A stretch of DNA of 64,000 nt from Anaeramoeba ignava BMAN (Eukaryota > Protista > Anaeramoebae). This document shows positions 47,543 to 61,684 of this stretch, in pieces (within the stretch, counting starts at the first letter, position 1; each line of letters opens with the position of its first letter). Location of the stretch: the NCBI GenBank assembly GCA_028826165.1, contig JAPDFW010000060.1, forward strand, positions 505,624 through 569,623, written 5' to 3'. The notes beneath the pieces were generated by a model. It did no database searches. It was not told where the DNA came from and saw nothing but the letters and a program-made list of their open reading frames with translations. The position numbers and the translations under genes were made by a program.

Positions 47543-50500
47543 GAAGGAATAGAAGAAGGATATTCAGCATATAGTTGTACAAAATTTGTAATGCAAGCAA
47601 ATGGAAGTGATTCAAATGATTGTAGTTCATCTGGAACAGCTTGTGCATCAATAGAAAGAGGACTTCTTCTCACTCCACAAGGTGGTGTTCTTTGTGTTTA
47701 TTCGGGTCATTATTATATTTCTTCCACTTTAAACATTCATATGACCACTTTTACTATGTGGGCTCCTGATGGTCCAAGTCAAACTATTATTGATGGAGGT
47801 AATTCAAAACAATGTGTTAATATTTATGTCAATGGGATGGGAGTTGTCACGATTGATGGTTTTACTTTCCAATATTGTAATGCTAATGAAGGTATTTTTT
47901 ATCCAAAATCAAAATCAAAATCAAAATCAAAATCAAAATTAAAATCAAAATTAAAATTAAAATCAAAATTAAAATCAAAATCAAAATCAAAATCAAAATT
48001 AAAATTAAAATCAAAATCAAAATTAAAATTAAAATTAAAATTAAAATTAAAATCAAAATCAAAATTAAAATTAAAATTAAAATTAAAATTAAAATCAAAA
48101 TCAAAATCAAAATCAAAATTAAAATTAAAATCTAAAATCAAAATCAAAATCAAAATCAAAATTAAAATTAAAATCAAAATCAAAATCAAAATTAAAATCA
48201 AAATTAAAATCAAAATTAAAATCAAAATTAAAATTAAAATCAAAATTAAAATTAAAATCAAAATTCAAATTAAAATTAAAATCAAAATTAAAATAAAAAT
48301 TTAAAATTAAAATCAAAATAAAAATTAAAATTAAAATTAATTAGGAGGAGCAATAGCTGTTACTTGTTCAATAGTTGGTTATATCGCAAAGATTAAAAAC
48401 TGTGAATTTTATCACAATCAAGCAAAAATAGGAGGAGCAATTTATAATTTTCTATGTGCAGCAACCTATGAGAATATAATAATTGCAGAAAATTCAGCAA
48501 GTGATTCAGGTGGAGGTTTTTCTTGTACAATATCAACCGCATGTCAGAATGTACAGTTAACATGGAATAACATCACAATAGTAGACAATACAGGAAATGG
48601 AAACAAGAGTATTGATGAAATAGGAAATCCAAATTGTGGGTCATGTTCATGTGTATATAATGGAAATAGGATGTATGATTGTGGAGATTGTTATAACGGT
48701 GGTAATTGTTTACCAAGTGGATCATGTGTATGTCTTCCTGGATCACATGCTCCAACTCCAACTTGTTCATTTTGTGATCCTGGATCTTATTCAACTACTC
48801 AAAATGCTGCTTCTTGTACTCTTTGTGAACCGAATTATTACAATACTGGTTATGGTAATACTGGCTGTTCTTCTTGTCCTACTGATACTTCTAATTCAGG
48901 TTCAGGAAATATTGAATGTTCTCCTCCTCAAATGTCTGATCCTACTTATGATTCTGTTACTTCTAGTTCTTTTAATGTTTATTGGACAACTCCAAGTTTG
49001 TTTTCTGTTAGTGGTTATTATCTTAGATATAAATCTACTGGTGATTGGACTTCTTTACAACTTTCTTCAAGTGTTCATCAATATAACTTTTCAGATTTAT
49101 ATTCAGGAGATTATACTATTCAAGTTGCTGCATATAATAATGAAGGTGAATTATCAAATAAAAGAAATATCTTAATAATAATATTTAAATAAAATATTTT
49201 AAATTATATTTGTAAATTTTGTTGAAATAGGAAATGGCACTTGGACTAATGAAATTGTTATAGCTACAAATCCTCCAACTCAACCTTCAATCGTTCCAAA
49301 TATAGCTGAAGTTTTAGAAATGAAATCTTCAACATCATTCGGAGTTAGTTGGGGAACACCTTCAAATGGTGGAAGTCCTTTAATTTCATATGAAATAAAT
49401 TATAAACCAGAAAATGGAACTTGGATTAATTCTACAGTTGGAGCAGAAACACATTCATTTCAAGCAACATCACTTCTTTCTGGCAAATACATCTTCAGAA
49501 TTCGTGCCAAAAGTAATTATTCATTCGGAGATTATTCTTCAGAACACTCATTCTGGACAAATGAAGCAACATGTCCTGATGCAATAACAACATTTAACGA
49601 AGTAAATCACACACAGGAAACAATATCTGTTAACTGGACAGCTCCAGCTTCAAATGGAGGATCCACTATAATTAATTATCAAGTCGCATACTTAAAAGAT
49701 GGTGAAACTACTTGGTCTTATAAACTTGAACCAGCAAATACTTATGAATCAACAATTGAGGATTTAATTTACGGAACTTATACTATTCGTGCTAGAGCAA
49801 TAACTTCATATTGTAACACATCAGAATTCAGTCAAAATTTATCAATCGAAACAGGTGCACCAACAGAACCTGATCCAGTTACTTCAATCTCACAAACAGG
49901 AAAATCATCAACTTCAATTTTAATTTCTTGGATTGAACCTTGTTCTTGTGGCTCACCAATTATTGGATATCGTTTATGGTACAAATATGAAGATGCAGAA
50001 CCTGCTGAAGATTTTCAATCCATTGATCTTTATAGCACAAATTTATATTACAATTTGGATAATTTACTTTCTGGAAATTACACATTCAAAATACAATCAA
50101 ACAACTCAATAAATTTTTCTGTAAATGGAACAGAATTTTCATTCAGTACAGATCCTGCAACTTATCCTGGAAATATGCAACCTCCCTATAAAATATCTGG
50201 TACATCTTCGGAAATTCAAATTGGATGGGCTGAACCTAGTAATAATGGAGGTTCTGTAATTGTTTTTTACTTTATTGAATACAAAAAAAATACAACTTCG
50301 ATTTTCGATCAATTTAATACTTCAAATTCATCAACAAGTTGCACTATTGGTTCACTTGAGGAATTACAATATTACAATTTCCGAATCAAAGCTTGCAATG
50401 ATATTGGATGTAGTGAATCGTGGAGTAATAATGCCACATATATAACTGATGGATCAACAGTTCCAGGAAAAGTTGCTCAACCTTCATTTCTTAATTCAAC

Positions 50501-52772
50501 ATCAACATCATTTGCATTTAGTTGGACAAAACCAACTGATGGAGGTAAAGATATACTTTACTACACAATATTATACAAATTAAGCACATCTGGTTCATGG
50601 ACTGAGATAATTTTAAATGTTGAACCATCAGCAACAAATCTTGAATATGTAATTGATGATATTTACTCAGGAACTTATAACGTTAGAATTTCAGCCACTA
50701 ATGAAAATGGAGAAGGAATATCAAGTGATTCAACTCCATTTTCCACTTCTGCTGCAACAGCTCCAAATCCTGTTTTGAATCTTCAATTTATCAGTTCATC
50801 TTCAACTTCTATTTACATGACTTGGGATCCACCAACTTCAAATGGAGGAAGAGATATCATCAATTTCTTTGTTCAATTCGATTCATTGAATCCAAATGGA
50901 ACATCAGGAAGTGTTTCAATATCAGAATATGTTCTTCAATTCAACCTCACAAACTTGATTTCAGATTCTTATAATATCACTGTTTATGCTGCTAATTCAA
51001 TTGGAAATTCAACAGGAAATCAAGAAGAAATGAACACATTATCACCTCAAATCCCAGATAAAATCACAGGATTCACTCAAATTTCAGCAACTTCAACTTC
51101 AATAACACTTCAATGGAATCAACCCAATAATAACGGAAGACCAATACTCAATTACAACTTCTCAATAACTTCATATTCAACAAATACAACAGAATACATG
51201 ATTATTGATCCTCCTCAATCCTCATTCCAATACAAAATATCAAATTTATTATCAGGTGTTTTCGATATTGCGATATCTGCTATAAATGAAGTTGGATCAT
51301 CAATTTATAGTGATGTTTTATTAGCTCAAACATCTCAACCAACAGTACCAGGAATAATGGATCCAGTAAATTCAACAGCAATTAATTCAACATCACTCAA
51401 TGTGAATTGGACTAAACCAAACAATGGAGGATTGAATATCACATCTTACATTTTATCCTACAGAGAACAAGATACTAATATTTCCAATTCAACCCAATTA
51501 TCTTTTGGTTCATCAACATTTGAATACAATATCACTGGTTTGCTCTCTGGAAATTATTCAATCGCAATGAAAGCAGTGAATCCATTGGGAAGTTGCAATA
51601 GTTGGAGCACTGATACAAATGTTTCAACACTTGATCCTGTAGTTCCTGGAGAAATTGAATCAATAAATGTTGATGAAATTAGAAGACATTCTCTCCTATT
51701 TTCTTGGGAAGTACCAAATCATGGAGGAAGAGAAATTGAAGGATATAATCTAACATGTGCTCAAACAGATAATCTTACTAATTCAGCATTTTCACAAGTT
51801 GATTCAACAGTTGGATTTTTTGATAATTTAACAACAAACACAAGTTACACACTCACAATAAGTGCATTTAATTCAGAAGGATATGCAAATCCAAGAGAAT
51901 TTGTACTTTGCACACAATCCTATTATCCAAACAAAGTTACAGGGGTTTATTTGAAGAATATTGAGCCTTATATTGCAGTGATAGGATGGAATGATTTGGA
52001 TGATATTGATATCACAACATACACAGCTATGATTACTGATGTTTACAACAGAACAAATTTTATCTCACTTTTTTGCTCATTTGACAGTTTGATTCCAAAC
52101 ACAAATTACACAGTTAAAGTGCGAGCAGAAGTAAGTGAATATATTGGTGATTGGAGCAATGATTTCAATTTCACAACAAATAAAACAGTTCCAGAAAAAG
52201 TTGTTGATATAACAGCAACTCAAATCGAAGATAACTTGATTAATCTTGAATGGCCAATCCCACGAAACAATGGAGAAGAAATCACACAATATTACACTCA
52301 AGCTTTACTCAATGACGAATTACAAAATGAAGTAATTTCACTTGCAAACAGTGTATCGATTGGAAATCTGAAAGAAGTAACAAATTATTCAATAAGAATA
52401 AGAGCAATTAATTCAATCGGATATTCAGCTTGGAGCGATAATTATTATTTCACAACTCAATCAGCTCCTAAACAAACAAGTAAAACAGGATTATATGCAG
52501 GTCTTGGAACAAGTTTTGGAGCTTTGGCTATTGTTGGAGGTGTTGCTTTTTATTGGTATAAAAAGAGAAAAGTTGTAAAAGTAACTCCAACAGTTAATGT
52601 TTATTCTGTTAATGATGAAGATGAAGATGGTGATAAAGATAATGAAAATCCAAAAAATGATCCTGTTAATGAAATTGTTATGGAAACTGTTGAAACTGAA
52701 AAAGATTTATATCTTCAAAGTATTGAAAACTCTACTTCAAAACTTACTAATGATACTAACGATAAGAAATGA
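47408..52772 (+). CDS. Type I surface protein: signal peptide, beta-helix-like region, EGF/Cys-rich region, 12 fibronectin type III repeats, TM helix, acidic tail; exons 47408-47891, 48345-49145, 49231-52772
   Basis: Hydrophobic N-terminus; GGAI and FYHN motifs; CYNGGNC...CVCLPG; CDPGSYS/CEPNYY; repeated W..P..NGG..I..Y FN3 motifs; TM LYAGLGTSFGALAIVGGVAFYWY followed by KKRK. Confidence 0.9.
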
Positions 52773-52987
52773 TTTTGGAATTTTTTTGATTGTTTTGTTC
52801 TTCTTTTTTTTTGGAATAATTATTTTGGAAAAGGAAGTTTTTTTTTTTTTTCTTTTCTTTTTATTTTCAAATTTTATTCCTTTTTCTCTTAATTAATTAA
52901 ATCCATTTCAAGTTCAAAGAAAAACAATTTATAATTTTTTTTATAAACATTTTCTTTTTTTAATTTTTAATTCTTTTTTCAATTTTC

Positions 52988-53278
<291 letters not shown>

Positions 53279-53742
53279 TAATTGATTAATTGATTGATTG
53301 ATTGATTAATTGATTGATTAATTGATTGATTGATTGATTGATTGATTAATGATTGATTGGTAATTGGATTGGTATTGATTGATGATTGATTACTGGATTG
53401 ATTGATTGATTGGTGGTGGTAATTGGTATCGGGGATTGATTGGTGATTGGATTGGTGGTAATTAATTGGTAATTGATTGAATGGATGATTGGACAATTGA
53501 TTGGTAATTGGTAATTGGTGAATGGTGGTAATTATTGATTAATTAATTGGTAATTGGTAATTGGTGGTGGTAATTGGTGGTAATTTTGGTGGTAATTGGT
53601 GAATTGGTGGTAATTTGTGATTGGTAATTGGTTGATTGGTGGTGATTGATTGATGATTGATTATTATTGGTGATTGGACATTGGTGATTGATTGGTAATT
53701 GGTGATTGATTGGATTGATTGATTGGTTGATTGATTGATTGG

Positions 53743-53775
<33 letters not shown>
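53279..53775. repeat. Degenerate (ATTG)n / (AATTGGT)n repeat with strong G-strand skew
   Basis: Directly visible; almost no C on the + strand. Confidence 0.85.
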
Positions 53776-53889
53776 TGAAAATGGTGAATAAAGAAAAATA
53801 ATTTCGTTTTTGTTTTTATTGAATTGTTTGGAAAAAGAAAAAGAAATCACGAAATCAAAATCAAAATCAAAATCAAAATGAAAATTGAT

Positions 53890-56800
53890 TCAATTGTTTT
53901 GTAATTTTTCTAAAGCCCGTCTTCCATATTTTTGAATATCTTGATTATTTGGGAAATTATTCATTGCATTAATAATAGGTTCAATTCCTTTTAAATTTCT
54001 AATTTCAATTCTGTTTTCTATTTTTTTGGGAAATAATTTGAAATTGAAATTGAAATTGAAATTGAAATTGAATTTTGGTTTTTTGGAATTTTTGAAATAA
54101 ATTGAAATTGATTAAATATTTTTTTGATTAATAATTAATAATGAATAATTGATTAAAATATTTGGATTTATAATTTTATTTGTTTTTTATTTTTTATTTA
54201 CTTTTATCAGCAGCAATATTCTTTAAAGCTCCACATCCTTTTTCTTGAATATCTTGATTATTTGGGAAATTATTCATTGCTTTAATAATAGGTTCAATTC
54301 CTTTTAAATTTCTAATTTCAATTCTGTTTTCTATTTTTTTGGGAAATAAATTGAAATTGAAATTGAAATTGAAATTGAAATTGAAATTGGAATTAAAATT
54401 AATTTTTTTTTGGATTTTTTTGGAAATAAATTGAAATTAATTAAATATTTTTTTGATTAATAATTAATAATAAATAATTGATTAAAATATTTTAATTTAT
54501 AATTTTATTTGTTTTTTATTTTTATTTACCTTTATCAACAGCAATATTCGATAAAGCTCCACATCCTTGTTCTTGAATATCTTCATTATTTGGGAAATTA
54601 TTCATTGATTTAATAATAGGTTCAATTCCTTTTAAATTTCTAATTTCAATTTTGTTTTCTATTTTTTTGGAAATAAATTTGAAATTGAAATTGAAATTGA
54701 AATTAATTTTTTTTGGAATTTTTGGAAATAAATTGAAATTAATTAAATATTTTTTGATTAATAATTAATAATAAATAATTAGAGGTTGGGATGGATTTGG
54801 ATTTTTGATTATTTTTATCAATCTATTCGCGAAAAATTGATTTTCTCTTATTTTTAAGTTTTCTTGAATAAAAATTTTTGAGAATTTTTATTTTCTTTCA
54901 TTTCAAAAGGAAAAGGAATTGAAATGAGAAAAAGAAAGAGATTTGTTATGAAAAAAAATTATTATTTTGAAAAATGAAAATGATTGTTGTTCTTCTTTTA
55001 ATTTAATCATTTAAGATAGAGGATGACCAGATCGAATCTCAAAATTATTTAAGAAACACAAATTCAAAAATTTTTGATAAAATTTCTCTTTATCAGCACA
55101 AATTATTGGACATGCATGATCATGTTTAATCTTGATTATTTAATGCTCAATTTGGATTTTAAAAGAGAAGTTCAATTAATTTTAAAAATTTTCTTCTTGA
55201 TTGAGTTCACATCCTCTCGGTTTTTGAAAGGGATCACAATTTGAATTTCATTTTGAATGAAATTAATTAAATATTTTTTTAATAATTAACCATTAATGAA
55301 TTAAAATATTTTTGAAAAATTTTCCTTTTACCAATTCATGAGAAAAGTTGTTTCATTTGTTTGCTTCATTCTTCTACATCCTTTTCTTGAATAATTGATT
55401 ATTTGGGAAATCGAGTTCGACTGATTGAAATTTAAACTGAGAAAATTTTTCCAATTTTTGAAAATAATTGAAATTAATTGTTTTTTATTTTTTTGAAGTT
55501 CTTCAAATTTTATTGAATCAAAATTAATAATAAATAATTGATTAAAATATTTCAAGAAGAATTATTTAGCGATTTTTTATGAAAAAGCAGCAATTAAAAC
55601 GAATTTTCCACATCCTTTTCTTGAATATCTTGAAATTTTTCAAAATATTCATTGATTTCAATAGGTTCAATTCCTTTTAAATTTCTCATTTTAGCGAATT
55701 AATCATTTTTCGCGAATCCTCAATTAACATCTACGGAAAAATTCGAAAATTAATTTTTGATTTTTGAAATAATTGAAATTGAAATTGAAATTAAATAAAT
55801 TTAGATTTTTGGAACCAAAGATAATTAATTAACCTCTTTTGATTAAAATAATTTTAATTAAAATATTTTTATTTTTTTTTATTTTTAATTACCATTATTA
55901 AAAGACAATATTCAATAAAGCTCCACATCCTTTTTCTTGAATATCTTGATTATTTGGGAAATTATTCATTGATTTAATAATAGGTTCAATTCCTTTTAAA
56001 TTTCTAATTTCAATTTTGTTTTCTATTTTTTTGATATTTTTTTATTAGGAAATAAATTGATTAAATATTTTTTGATTAATAATTAATAATAAATAATTGA
56101 TTAAAATATTTGGATTTTTGATTATTTTTATTTACCTTTATCAAGAGCAATATTCAATAAAGCTCCACATCCCCAATATTGAATATTTTGATTATTTGGG
56201 AAATTATTGATTGATTTAATAATAGGTTCAATTCCTTTTAAATTTCTAATTTCAATTTTGTTTTCTATTTTTTTGAAAATAAATTGAAATTGAAATTGAA
56301 ATTGAAATTAATTTTTTTTGGAAATAAATTGAAATTAATTAAATATTTTTTTGATTAATAATTAATAATAAATAATTGATTAAAAATATTTAATTTTGAT
56401 TATTTTTATTTTAATTACCTTTATCAAGAGCAATATTCGATAAAGCCCAACATCCTTGTTTTTGAATATCTTCATTATTTGGGAAATTATTCATTGCTTT
56501 AATAATAGGTTCAATTCCTTTTAAATTTCTAATTTCAATTTTGTTTTCTATTTTTTTGGAAATAAATTGAAATTGAAATTGAAATTGAAATTAATTTTTT
56601 TTGGAAATAAATTGAAATTAATTAAATATTTTTTTGATTAATAATTAATAATAAATAATTGATTAAAGTATTTTAATTTAAAATAATATTTGATTTTTTA
56701 TTTTTAATTACCATTATCAAGAGCAATATTCCATAAAGCCCAACATCCTTTTTCTTGAATATCTTGATTATTTGGAAAATTATTCATTGATTTAATAATA

Positions 56801-59800
56801 GGTTCAATTCCTTTTAAATTTCTAATTTCAATTTTGTTTTCTATTTTTTTGAAAATTGAAATTGAAATTGAAATTTTTGAAATTGAAATTAATTTTTTGA
56901 TTTTTGGAAATAAATTTTGGATTTTTGAAATAAAATTGATTAAATATTTTTGATTAATAATTAATAATAAATAATTGATTAAAATATTTGGATTTTTGAT
57001 TATTTTTGTACCATCATTAAAAAGACAGATTATTTAAAGCCCAACATCCTTGTTTTTGAATAACTTGATTATTTTGGGAAATTATTCATTGATTTAATAA
57101 TAGGTTCAATTCCTTTTAAATTTCTAATTTCAATTTTGTTTTCTATTTTTGAAAAAATAAATTGAAATTGAAATTAATTTGAATTGGAAATAAATTGAAA
57201 TTGAAATTAAATTAAATATTTTTGATTAATTAATAATAAATAATTGATTAAAATATTTTAATTTATAATTTTATTTGATTTTTATTTTATTTACCCTTTA
57301 TCACAGCAATATTCAATTAAAGCTCCACATCCCAATATTGAATATTTGATTATTTGGGGAAATTATTGATTGATTTAATAATAGGTTCAATTCCTTTTAA
57401 ATTTCTAATTTCAATTTTGTTTTCAAATTTTTGGAAATGTTGAAATTGAAATTAAAATTAATTTTTGGATTTTTGAAATAAATTGATTAAATATTTTTGA
57501 TTAATAATTAATAATAAATAATTGATTAAAATAATTGGATTTTGATTATTTTTATTTTTATTTTTAATTACCTTTATCAACAGCAATATTCAATAAAGCC
57601 CAACATCCCTTGTTTTGAATAACTTTATTATTTGGGAAATTATTCATTGATTTAATAATAGGTACGTTTTTGAAATAAATTAAAGTCAATTAAATATTTT
57701 TAATTTTTAAAATAAATAAATAATTGATTAAAATATTTTTGATTTTAATTTTTGGATTTTGGATTTATTTTAGAATTTATCAGCAGCAATATTTTTGAGC
57801 TCCACATCCTTTATATTGAATATCTTGATTAAAATTATTCATGGATTTAATATCATTTTCAATTCCTTTTAAAAATTTCGGTTTCTATTTTTGGAAATAG
57901 GTGAAAAATCCATATTTTAATTTTTCATTTTTGGAAATAAAAATTATTAAAATATTTTGATTAATAATTAATAATAAATAATTGATTAATTTCATTTTCG
58001 TTGATTATTTTTGAATTAAATTTCATAGAAAGATGTAAAATGAAATTGAAACAATTTTCCGGATTTTTGAATATCTTCATTAATATTTTTATTAATAATT
58101 AATAATAAATAATTGATTAAAATAATATTTAATAATTGATAATTTTATTTATTTTGGTTTATTTCTATTTATTTTTAAATTTGGGAAATAAATTTATTGA
58201 TTTTAGTTGAATAAAAAGTAATTGATTAAATTAATTTTCTGGATTTAATTTTTATTTACCATTATCAAAAGAAATATTACATAAAGCTCCACATCCATTT
58301 TTCTTGAATATCTTCATTATTTGGGAAATTATTCATTGATTTAATAACAGGTTCAATTATTTTTAATTCCCTTATTTCAGTTTTTGTTTTCTATTATTTA
58401 TTTTATTTTTATTTAGTTGAATAGAAGTAATTGATTAAAGTAATTTTCTGAATTTAGTTTTATTTACCATTATCAAAAAAAGCAATATTCAATAAAGCTC
58501 CACATCCATTTTTGAATAAGTTGATTATTTGAAAAATTATTCATTGATTTAATAATAGGTTCAATTCCTTTTTAATTTCTAATTTCAATTATGTTTTTCT
58601 ATTTATTTTTAAATTTGGGAAATAAATTTATTGATTTTAGTTGAATAAGAAGTAATTGATTAATTTTAATTTTCTGAATTTAGTTTTATTTACCATTATC
58701 AAAAAGAAATATTACATAAAGCTCCACATCCATATTTTTTGAATAAGTTGATTATTTGGAAAATTATTCATTGATTTAATAATAGGTTCAATTCCTTTTA
58801 AATTTTAATTTCAATTTTTGTTTTCTATTTATTTTTAAATTTTGGAAATAAATTTATTGATTTTGGTTGAATAAGAAGTAATTGATTAATTTAATTTTCT
58901 GAATTTAATTTTATTTACCATTATCAAAAGAAATATTACATAAAGCTCCACATCCATTTTCTTGAATAAGTTGATTATTTGGGAAATTATTCATTGCTTT
59001 TAATAACAGGTTCAATTTTTAATTCCTTATTTCAGTTTCGTTTTCTATTATTTATTTTTATTTTTATTTAGTTGAATAAGAAGTAATTGATTAAATTAAT
59101 TTTCTGAATTTATTTTTATTTACCATTATCAAAAAGCAATATTCCATAAAGCTCCACATCCATTTTCTTGAATAAGTTGATTATTTGGGGAAATTATTCA
59201 TTGATTTAATAATAGGTTCAATTCCTTTTAAATTTCTAATTTCAATTATGTTTTTCTATTTATTTTTAAATTTGGGAAATGAATTTAAATTTAAATTTAA
59301 AAATGAAATTATTTAATTATTAATTAAAAATATTTTTGTATTATTTTTAATTTTAATTGATATCTATATTTATTTACCATTATCAAAAAGCAATATTCCA
59401 TAAAGCTCCACACCCATATTTTGAATATCTTCATTATTTGGGAAATTATTCATTGATTTAATAATAGGTTCAATTCCTTTTTAATTCCCTAACTTCAATT
59501 CTCTTTTTCTATTTTTAAATTTAGGAAATGAATTGAAATGAAATTTAAAAATGAAATTATTGTTTAATTATTAATTAAAATATTTTTGTATTATTTTAAT
59601 TTTAATTGATATCTATATTTATTTACTTTTTATCAGCAGAAATATTCCATAAGGCTCCACATCCATATATTTTTGAATATCTTCACTATTTAGAAAATTA
59701 TTCATTGATTTAATAACAGGTTCAATTCCTTTTAATTCCCCTTATTTCAGTTTCGTTTTCTATTATTTATTTTATTTTTATTTAGTTGAATAAGAAATTA

Positions 59801-60745
59801 TTGATTAATTTAATTTGCATAATTTATTTTATGATTTTTCATTTTTATTTATTTTTATTTACCTTCATTATAAGCAACAATATTCCCTAACGCCCACATC
59901 CTTTATATTGAATATCTTCATTATTTGGAAATTATTCATTGATTTAATCACACACATTCAATTCCTTTTAATTTCCCTAATTTCAATTCTTTTTTTCTAT
60001 TTTTATTTTATGAAAAATTTTGAAATAAGTTGATTGAGATTTATAGACTATTGATTGATCAAATATTAAATATTAATATTATTAATATTTTATTTTGATT
60101 TTAAAAATTTAGAATGAGAAATTTGGAATGTCAAAAATATGGGAATAAGTGTTTTGTTTGTTTTTATTCTTGCAATTTATCTACCTGGATGAATTGCGAG
60201 ATTAATTAAAATTGAAATACATTTTTCTTGAATATTTTGATTATTTGGATAATTGTTGATTGTGCTCATAATTGTTTTAATTCCATTTAATTTAGAAATT
60301 TCAATTCCTTGTAATTTTTCGATTTTCAATTTCTTCAACTTTTATTTTGTTTCATTTTTTTTATTATTTTTGATTTTGATTTTTGATTTTTGATTTTTGA
60401 TTTACTTTTTAATCCTCCTGAAAATATAATAAAGCTTCAGAAGCTTGAATTTGAATCTCTTCATTATTTGGAAAAATTATTCATAGCTTTTTAATAAGAG
60501 ATTTAATGGCATCCAATTTTTGATTTCCGTTGGATTATCTTTGAATTTCAAATTTTATTATTTTTAATCTTATTCAAAATTGTTTAAAAATCAAATATTA
60601 AATTAATATTTACCTTCATTTTCCTTTTGCAAAATTTTGTAAGATAAAGCATCCATTTTCTTGAATTTCTTGATTGTTTGGTGAATTATTCATATTTTTG
60701 ATTGTTTCTTCAATAGGTTCTTTTTTGGTTTTGATTTGGATTCAT
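53890..60745 (-). CDS. Armadillo-repeat protein gene built from about 25 tandem exon-intron units; many units carry indels (assembly error or partial pseudogene)
   Basis: Probable ATG at 60745 and TGA at 53890-53892. Clean 129-nt AG/GT-bounded phase-1 exons at 54202-54330, 54530-54658, 56136-56264, 56419-56547 and 56712-56840, each encoding ENKIEIRNLKGIEPIIKSMNNFPNNQDIQxxGCxALxNIAxDK. Confidence 0.82.
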
Positions 60746-61684
60746 TTTGTTTGTTCTCCTCGTTATTGCTCTTCTTTTTTCTTTTATTTTTGAAATGAAA
60801 AATAAATGTTTTTAATTAATAAATTAATTATTTTGAAATTTTTATAATTAATTTTTGGAAACAATATTGATTTGATTGAAAAATTGTTTTTGATAAGAAA
60901 AAAGGGGAAATTTTATTTTTAATTAATAATTTATAAATATTTTTGATTATTGGAATGTTTTTAATATTATTTTTATATTTAATTTGATATTTTTATATTT
61001 AATTTTTAAAAATATTTACTTAATTAAAAAAATGAAAAATGAAAAATGAAAAATGAAAATGAAAAATTAAAAATGAGAATAGATTTAATTTAATATTTAA
61101 TTTATAAATTAATTTAAAAATATAATTTAATATTTAATTTTATTATTAAAAATAATAATTTTATGTTTTAGATTTAAATATTTTATTATTTAAAAATATT
61201 TTAACATATAAATATAAAAATAAGAATAGATTTAATTTAATATTTAATTTATAAATTAATTTAAAATATAATTTAATATTTAATTTTTAAAATAATAATT
61301 TAATGTTTTAGATTTAATATTATTTAAATATTTGTTAAATTAAAATGAGGAATAGATTTAATTTAATTTAACTTATAAATTAATTTAAAAATATAATTTA
61401 ATATTTAATTTTGTTTAAATATTTTATTTTATTTATTTAAATATTTAACATATAAATATAAAAATTAGAATAGATTTTTAATTTAATTTTTAATTTTTTT
61501 GATTTTAATTCTTTTTGAAACAATGATTTAATTTTTCTATTTAATTTTGATTTTTAATTTTTGATTTTCTATTTTATTTAATTTTGATTTTAATTTGATT
61601 TTTCTATTTAATTTTGATTTTGATTTTTGATTTCACTTTTATTTTGATTTTTGATTTGAAAACATTTTTCATTTCCATTTTCAA

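Noticed and set aside
53279-53775. Telomeric repeat tract
   Set aside because: It is G-skewed but heterogeneous with no fixed unit, and genes continue on both sides.
53890-60745. CRISPR-like repeat-spacer appearance of the ARM array
   Set aside because: The conserved units are 129-nt coding exons with AG/GT boundaries, the spacers are homologous introns rather than unique sequences, and there are no cas genes in this eukaryotic context.
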